Source: a virus
Virus record (IMG/VR): IMGVR_UViG_3300045988_081534
Length of the DNA stretch: 17,976 bases
Direction: 5' to 3' (one strand)
The notes under the pieces were generated by a model. That model was not told where the DNA came from. It ran no database searches and saw only the letters and a program-made list of their open reading frames with translations. The position numbers and the translations under genes were made by a program. Position 1 is the first letter of the stretch. Every line of letters starts with the position of its first letter. Positions 13,147 through 17,976 of this stretch are shown piece after piece.

Positions 13147-13546
13147 TTTCTTCCGCCTCCATTGGCCTAAATCCAATACACGTCAAAGTCCCTTCCGGGC
13201 CTTCGCGTTCTAACTCTGTTCTACAAGCATCATAGATAAGCCAATAATCCTTATTCTCTTCCCATCCTAATTCTTCTGCTATCTTAACAGCCTTTAACAA
13301 ATCATTCTTATTCTTCGCTCTACAAACTACTTTGGTCTCCGCTTCCGCTATCCAATTATGGAATAAGTCTCTATCGAGGCTTATTCCTATATGATACATA
13401 AGACCGTCTCTTTCTTTAACAACTTCTTTACTTCCCCAATATAACTTTTCCAAAAGAAAAGCAATAGAAGCATGGGAAACTTGTGCGGCAAGTTTCCCTG
13501 GAGACATATTTAAGTCTCGCCTCGCAATAATTAATTGCTTGAACAT
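13109..13546 (-). CDS. pth2: Pth2-family peptidyl-tRNA hydrolase
   Basis: MFKQLIIARRDLNMSPGKLAAQVSHASIAF... and C-terminal LIYDACRTELEREGPEGTLTCIGFRPM match PTH2 (archaeal/eukaryotic type) motifs; GGAGG SD; start overlaps the PARG-like gene by 16 nt. Confidence 0.75.
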   Translation of the reverse strand: MFKQLIIARRDLNMSPGKLAAQVSHASIAFLLEKLYWGSKEVVKERDGLMYHIGISLDRDLFHNWIAEAETKVVCRAKNKNDLLKAVKIAEELGWEENKDYWLIYDACRTELEREGPEGTLTCIGFRPMEAEEIDKIGKKYQLYN

Positions 13547-14298
13547 TTTTCCAAAACCTCCAAGAAAATTCTAAAATTGCGGGAATTGCGGTTTGGAATC
13601 GCAAAATAGATATTTGGAATATTATAATTGCGGGCTGCGTTTACGAGCAAGGTAGCGACCGTTGATGGATCTTGCATAAAAACACCACAACCCCAGGCTC
13701 CCGCGATTAAATTTTCCACTCCTTTAGCCTCGGCAATTTGATACATAAAATTAATTCTCTCTTCCATTATCCTATTGTTTAGAGAAAGAGGAACTTGCTG
13801 ATAAGTATGTGCTGTTCTATAATTAGGAGAAGCACAAGTAATTACATCAGCTAATTTTCTACTATCGTCTTTTTCAAAGACTACATCAGGAGTATAGATA
13901 GCTCTATCAAGATATAGGGCTCGATTCAGTCTCTGTCTATTCCATGCGTAATAAGTATCATCAAAAGCAAGAAGAATAGGGTAAAGGTTGCTTTCGTGAC
14001 ACAATGCCTCTTCTTGTGCAGAGCTGCCTCCAAGGAAGTAACCACCTGGATGTTTATAGCTTGCATAATTTAAGATCGCAGTCTTGCTCCGATCGGTTAA
14101 ACCGAATAGACAGGATACACTATCTTGGTCTTTAAGATAAAAGGTATTATGGTGGGTTTCTCGCGGTTTTTGCGGAAAAGGAAGATTGGGGCCAAAAATT
14201 TCAGAGTTTATAATTGCGCGATCTGTATCTTCCTTGAGTCTCACTTTAATGTCTGCGTAATGCGATTGCGCGTGTTGTTTGAGCTCTTCTCGTTTCAT
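13531..14298 (-). CDS. bacterial-type PARG-like macrodomain protein (DUF2263/TIGR02452), ADP-ribose glycohydrolase family
   Basis: NYASYKHPGGYFLGGSSAQEEALCHESNLY contains the GGG-X6-8-QEE PARG signature; GAWGCGVF macrodomain motif; SD GGAAGAAAGGA. Confidence 0.75.
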   Translation of the reverse strand: MKREELKQHAQSHYADIKVRLKEDTDRAIINSEIFGPNLPFPQKPRETHHNTFYLKDQDSVSCLFGLTDRSKTAILNYASYKHPGGYFLGGSSAQEEALCHESNLYPILLAFDDTYYAWNRQRLNRALYLDRAIYTPDVVFEKDDSRKLADVITCASPNYRTAHTYQQVPLSLNNRIMEERINFMYQIAEAKGVENLIAGAWGCGVFMQDPSTVATLLVNAARNYNIPNIYFAIPNRNSRNFRIFLEVLEKCSSN

Positions 14299-14342
14299 TT
14301 GCAGTTTCCTTTCTTCCGTGCGGTTGGGCAGAAGTGGATAAT

Positions 14343-14522
14343 TTAATTATCCCAATCTTCAAATAAAGTGTGTAAACTATTTGTTTCCGCCGCCAATCTC
14401 TTTAAATATTCTTTAAGAATTTTATTTTCTTTAACTTTAATTGCATAATCGCAAGTATTGTCGCAGTCTGGTGTGTACTACCGACCGAATCTATTATAAC
14501 AATAATCAATACAAGGACACAT
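14343..14522 (-). CDS. possible small Cys-rich protein, 59 aa, one in-frame TAG
   Basis: ATG 1 nt after the TAA of the upstream gene; MCPCIDYCYNRFGR-x-YTPDCDNTCDYAIK...; weak support. Confidence 0.25.
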
Positions 14523-14523
14523 T

Positions 14524-14877
14524 TTACTCATATTTACACCCATTCATTCTACAGTCTATCGTGCATTGCCCTGACGCTCCTTCACAAGGAATAGCATCAG
14601 GATAGTATTCAAAATAAGACGAAGTTAATAGAACTTCATATCCAAGTTCCCGCAGTATTCTTTCTGCGACATATCTATCTCTTAATTTAATCCATTCTTC
14701 TCTATTTACTTTTGTTTCTTCATATATTTTTCGAGATTCTTCCATATCTATTGTTATGATACCATCGGTGTTAGTTTTAAATACTGAAGGACTTTGTGTA
14801 TGATAAAATTTTCGAAAGGGATTGTTAATATGAAGAACTTCTTCAGCATATTTGTCAAAATCTCCCGAAAATTTCAT
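14524..14877 (-). CDS. hypothetical protein with Cys-rich C-terminus, 117 aa; ATG overlaps the FolD TAA (TAATG)
   Basis: start MKFSGDFDKY...; the track ORF begins at an upstream Met that lies inside FolD. Confidence 0.5.
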   Translation of the reverse strand: MKFSGDFDKYAEEVLHINNPFRKFYHTQSPSVFKTNTDGIITIDMEESRKIYEETKVNREEWIKLRDRYVAERILRELGYEVLLTSSYFEYYPDAIPCEGASGQCTIDCRMNGCKYE

Positions 14878-15662
14878 TATCTTTGCGCCTGTTTCGCTAA
14901 CTATAAACAATTTTTCATCAACCCCAATCTTGTTAATAGACCTACTCCTCCGGGGACAGGAGTTGACCATACATTATTTCTTTTTGCAATTTCATCAATT
15001 TCTACAAAGTCTCCAAGAGTAATTCCTGCTTCATTTCTGCGAATACCAACATCTATAACAATAGCGTTAGGACAGGCTTCTCTTGTTAAGCTAAATTTTC
15101 CTACCGCAGAGACAATTAAATCTGCTTGCCTTGTTAAATAGAGTTTTGTATTTATATCTGTTTTGCTATGACATACTGATACAGTCATATTTCTATCTAG
15201 TAGAGCTTTAGCCATTGGCTTTCCTACAATGTCGCTTCTTCCCAAAATAACAGCAGATTTACCTTCGTAGTTAAAACCACATTCATCCAAATAGTCTATA
15301 ATTCCTCTTACTGTTGCTGGAGTAATATTGCTCATAGGATTTAAACCATCCGCATCTTTAGAGATAGGTATTTGACTATAATTGAAATCAATTCCATTTG
15401 CTACTGGCATTTGAACTATTACCGCATCCCAGTCTTTCACATGGTCTAAGATCAATCTTAACTCTACTGAACTATTAGCTCTAAACACTTCTGCTTCCCA
15501 ACCAAGAGCGTTAAAGTCTTTTATTTTATTACGAATATAAATTTGATTTGCGGGATCCTAGGCTGTTGCGTCGATAATCATGAGTGATGGAACATTACCA
15601 CTAATCTCCCGCAATTTGTTTACCTATTGTTGAAAATATTCTTTTATATTAATCTATTGCAT
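14877..15662 (-). CDS. folD: bifunctional methylene-THF dehydrogenase / methenyl-THF cyclohydrolase (FolD) homolog with 4 TAG codons read as sense
   Basis: ATVRGIIDYLDECGFNYEGKSAVILGRSDIVGKPMAKALL...TPVPGGVGLLT is canonical FolD; upstream frame PSLMIIDATA-x-DPANQIYIRNKIKDFNALGW matches the FolD N-domain (LAVILVGDDPASQVYVRNK) through TAGs; GGAGG SD 9 nt before ATG 15662; after TAG 14901 the tail LAKQAQR-TAA matches the FolD C-terminal consensus; the track ORF 14901..15488 is a fragment. Confidence 0.75.
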
Positions 15663-15981
15663 CTGGATCAAGCCTCCAAGGATCACTAGTATCGTAATCA
15701 ATCATTTCATAGAAAGATATTTCATTTTCATTAACTTCTAATACCTAGTGAGGAATACACTATACTTCATAATCAAAATCTTTATTAATATGGTAAGAAG
15801 TATATATATGAATAGCAATAGGTCTAGGATCATTAACTCCCTAAATATCCCATAAACTTATTGCTTTATTTTGGAAGATTTCCTAAGCATACTATGGAGA
15901 TATAGCAATACTGATTATTAAGATATTAAAATAATACTATGCTTTTTCCGGTAAATCTAAATATGGTTCGTCAAAGAACAT
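15649..15981 (-). CDS. hypothetical protein, 110 aa, 7 in-frame TAG codons
   Basis: ATG 15981 with GGAG upstream; no TAA/TGA for 333 nt; ends at TAA 14 nt inside FolD; not callable with standard code. Confidence 0.4.
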
Positions 15982-16018
15982 TGGCAAACAAATCTCCTAT
16001 CTTATTTTTTATAATTAT

Positions 16019-16083
16019 ATTATAGCATTTTTAAATAAATTAATCAAATAAGATTTGACAATCTAGTTTTTTTTTGTTATTAT
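16019..16083. promoter_or_regulatory. back-to-back divergent promoters: leftward TTGATT-17-TATAAT (16019-16047) and rightward TTGACA-17-TATTAT (16055-16083)
   Basis: read from sequence; the -35 hexamers are 7 bp apart. Confidence 0.5.
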
Positions 16084-16110
16084 ATGAGTATAAAAGGAGA
16101 TGACAGTATG

Positions 16111-17154
16111 ATAAAATTAGATTATACTATTGAGTCTCCAGAAGAACGGAAGGCGCTTGTCGAAAAAATAATCGCAGAAAATCCGAACTTTAGTTCGAGT
16201 TATTTAGAAATATTAGCAGATTATTTAGTTCTATGTATGGAAAAGCAAGAGAAGAAAGAAAAGAATATATTAACAGATAATAGAATGGCTACTGTTAATA
16301 AAAGAGAATGTTCTTTCGAAGGGCTTGCGTCATAGATGGAAAATGGCGAGGATGGCATTTATGGTTTAATGTCAGAAAATAAAAATGTTATATTTTAGCC
16401 AAAGATTTCTATTACACAGAAAGATTTAGATACTATACCATGTTTAAAATAGTTGAGAGAAACCATTAATGTCTGGGAGGGCGCTTTAAAACGCGCTGCT
16501 GGGACAAAATAGGCATATATGATGAAAAAAGCATTAATAGAGATGCGAAAAGATTAGTATATCATTAAGCAAGCATATTAGAAACCTATTATACCATGTA
16601 AATTAACGAGATCCGTAAGAACTCATATTCCTCTTGATGATTAGAGTTATCTTAATGGACAGGAGGTAGTAGTAAAGGGTATTTCGCTAATGGACGCCAA
16701 TGTTGTTTCTGCTATTTTATGCAATTATTCAAAATTAAAAGAAGATAGTTATGATTAGTTTGAGGGAGATACATGGTATTTAATTCAATCATTTGAAGAA
16801 ATATGTGATAAAGCTCTTAAAGACTTTCCAATCTATTTACGAATTGTTGAACTCAAAATTGATAAAAAGTAGAATAACGAAATATAGGAAATATTAAAAA
16901 ATGAGTTTGGTAAAACATATAGTGTTGAATATATTTCTAGCCTATGGAGAAATAAGATTCCTAAACTCATTGCGGAAGAGGCTTTAGAAGATTTTTTACG
17001 TTGGTAGTATAAACAAAAAGGATACCCAATGAAAAAATGTTCTAAGTGTGGGCAATTAAAGCCAGCCCATAATCAATTCTTTTCAAAGAATAAGACAAGC
17101 AAAGATAACTTATATAGTATCTGTAAGCGCTGTCGCAATAAGAAAAGAGGTTGA
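16111..17154 (+). CDS. hypothetical protein, 347 aa, C-terminal C4 zinc ribbon, 11 in-frame TAG codons
   Basis: AAGGAG 8 nt before ATG 16111; single frame to TGA 17152 with TAG at 16333,16396,16450,16510,16555,16579,16642,16756,16870,16885,17005 and no TAA/TGA; C-term KKCSKCGQLKPAHNQFFSKNKTSKDNLYSICKRC; the track shows only the first 83 aa. Confidence 0.6.
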
Positions 17155-17160
17155 TTATAA

Positions 17161-17976
17161 ATGAGCCATTATTGTAAAAAATGTGGTAAAACTATGGATG
17201 ATACATAGTTTTATACATCAAAAAATTTAGAGAAGTATCCTCCAGATGGAAAGATGGATATTTGTAAAAAGTGTCTTACTATGCACGTAGATAACTGGGA
17301 TCCAGAAACTTATAAATGGATTTTATAGGAGATTGACGTTCCATATATTAAAGAAGAATGGAATGGTTTATTGGAGAAATATGGAAAAGATCCAAAGAAG
17401 GTTACTGGATTAACTATTATTGGACGCTATTTATCTAAAATGAAATTAAAGCAATGGAATAAATACACTTGGGCAGATACAGAAACGCTAGAGAAAGATT
17501 CCATTGATAAAAAAGTTCTTAATATGAAAGCTCAAGGATTTACAGAAGATGAAATCCAAGAGCAGTTGTCTATTGATAGAACTCCTCCAAAACCAAAAGA
17601 ATTAGAGGATGTTTAGGCCCCTGTAGGAACTCCAGAATATGAAGATCCAGAGGAAGATGATGATTTTGGTGATTAGCTAACCGAAGAAGATAAATTAGTA
17701 TTACGTCTTAAATGGGGCCGCGGATATTCTTGGGAAGAAAGAGTAAGAATGGAGCAGCTTTACAATGATATGATGAGTTCTTATGATATTCAAGGAGCAG
17801 GCCATAAAGATACTCTTATTATGGTATGTAAAGCTAGTTTAAAAGCAAATTAGTTAATTGATGCTGGAGATATTGATGGCTTTTAGAAGATGCAAAAAGC
17901 CTATGATAGTTTAATGAAAAGCGGCAAATTTACGGCTGCTTAGAACAAAGGCGAATCCGGTGAATTTGTAGATTCA
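17161..17976 (+). CDS. hypothetical protein with N-terminal C4 zinc ribbon (YCKKCGK...DGKMDICKKC), at least 271 aa, runs off the window; 7 in-frame TAG
   Basis: AAGAGG SD 10 nt before ATG; TAG at 17206,17326,17614,17668,17848,17881,17938; the track fragment 17371..17616 is internal. Confidence 0.55.

Overview
This window looks like part of a bacteriophage or phage-plasmid genome from a low-GC Firmicute. The evidence is AAGGAGG-type Shine-Dalgarno sites, TTGACA-17-TATAAT sigma-A promoters and a SpoVT/AbrB homolog, which suggests a spore-forming host. The strongest signal is that TAG is a sense codon here, most likely Gln (code 15-like). Long frames carry up to 11 in-frame TAGs with no TAA/TGA. 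Homology to FolD, ribbon-helix-helix, AbrB and DUF5659-type proteins runs straight through TAG positions. Every stop codon I inspected at a supported gene end is TAA or TGA.

Layout, left to right:
(1) 1-2000: a membrane protein gene (79-585) diverges from a replication-like module made of a ribbon-helix-helix protein, a DUF5659-like protein, a winged-helix initiator-like protein and an AT-rich iteron array (candidate origin) that contains a perfect 44-bp tandem duplication.
(2) 2500-3780: an acidic protein gene next to an ~800-bp noncoding region packed with CCGATCGG palindromes, ~140-bp imperfect direct repeats and promoter-like elements.
(3) 3785-12745: a minus-strand array of about 20 small genes. 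They include a T5orf172/GIY-YIG protein, a DEDDh 3-prime exonuclease, an HAD 5-prime deoxynucleotidase, a SpoVT-like regulator and a short AbrB-like protein, plus many hypotheticals. At least 6 intergenic units repeat the same module: rho-independent terminator, then a pure-GC palindrome, then a TTGCACAA/TTGTGCAA inverted repeat, then a near-consensus sigma-A promoter, then an SD.
(4) 12745-16050: a tightly overlapping minus-strand operon encoding FolD, a bacterial-type PARG macrodomain protein (GGG-X-QEE signature), a Pth2-type peptidyl-tRNA hydrolase, a small lipoprotein and Cys-rich small proteins.
(5) 16050-17976: divergent promoters and plus-strand zinc-ribbon proteins that use TAG heavily.

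No rRNA, tRNA, CRISPR or transposase was recognised.
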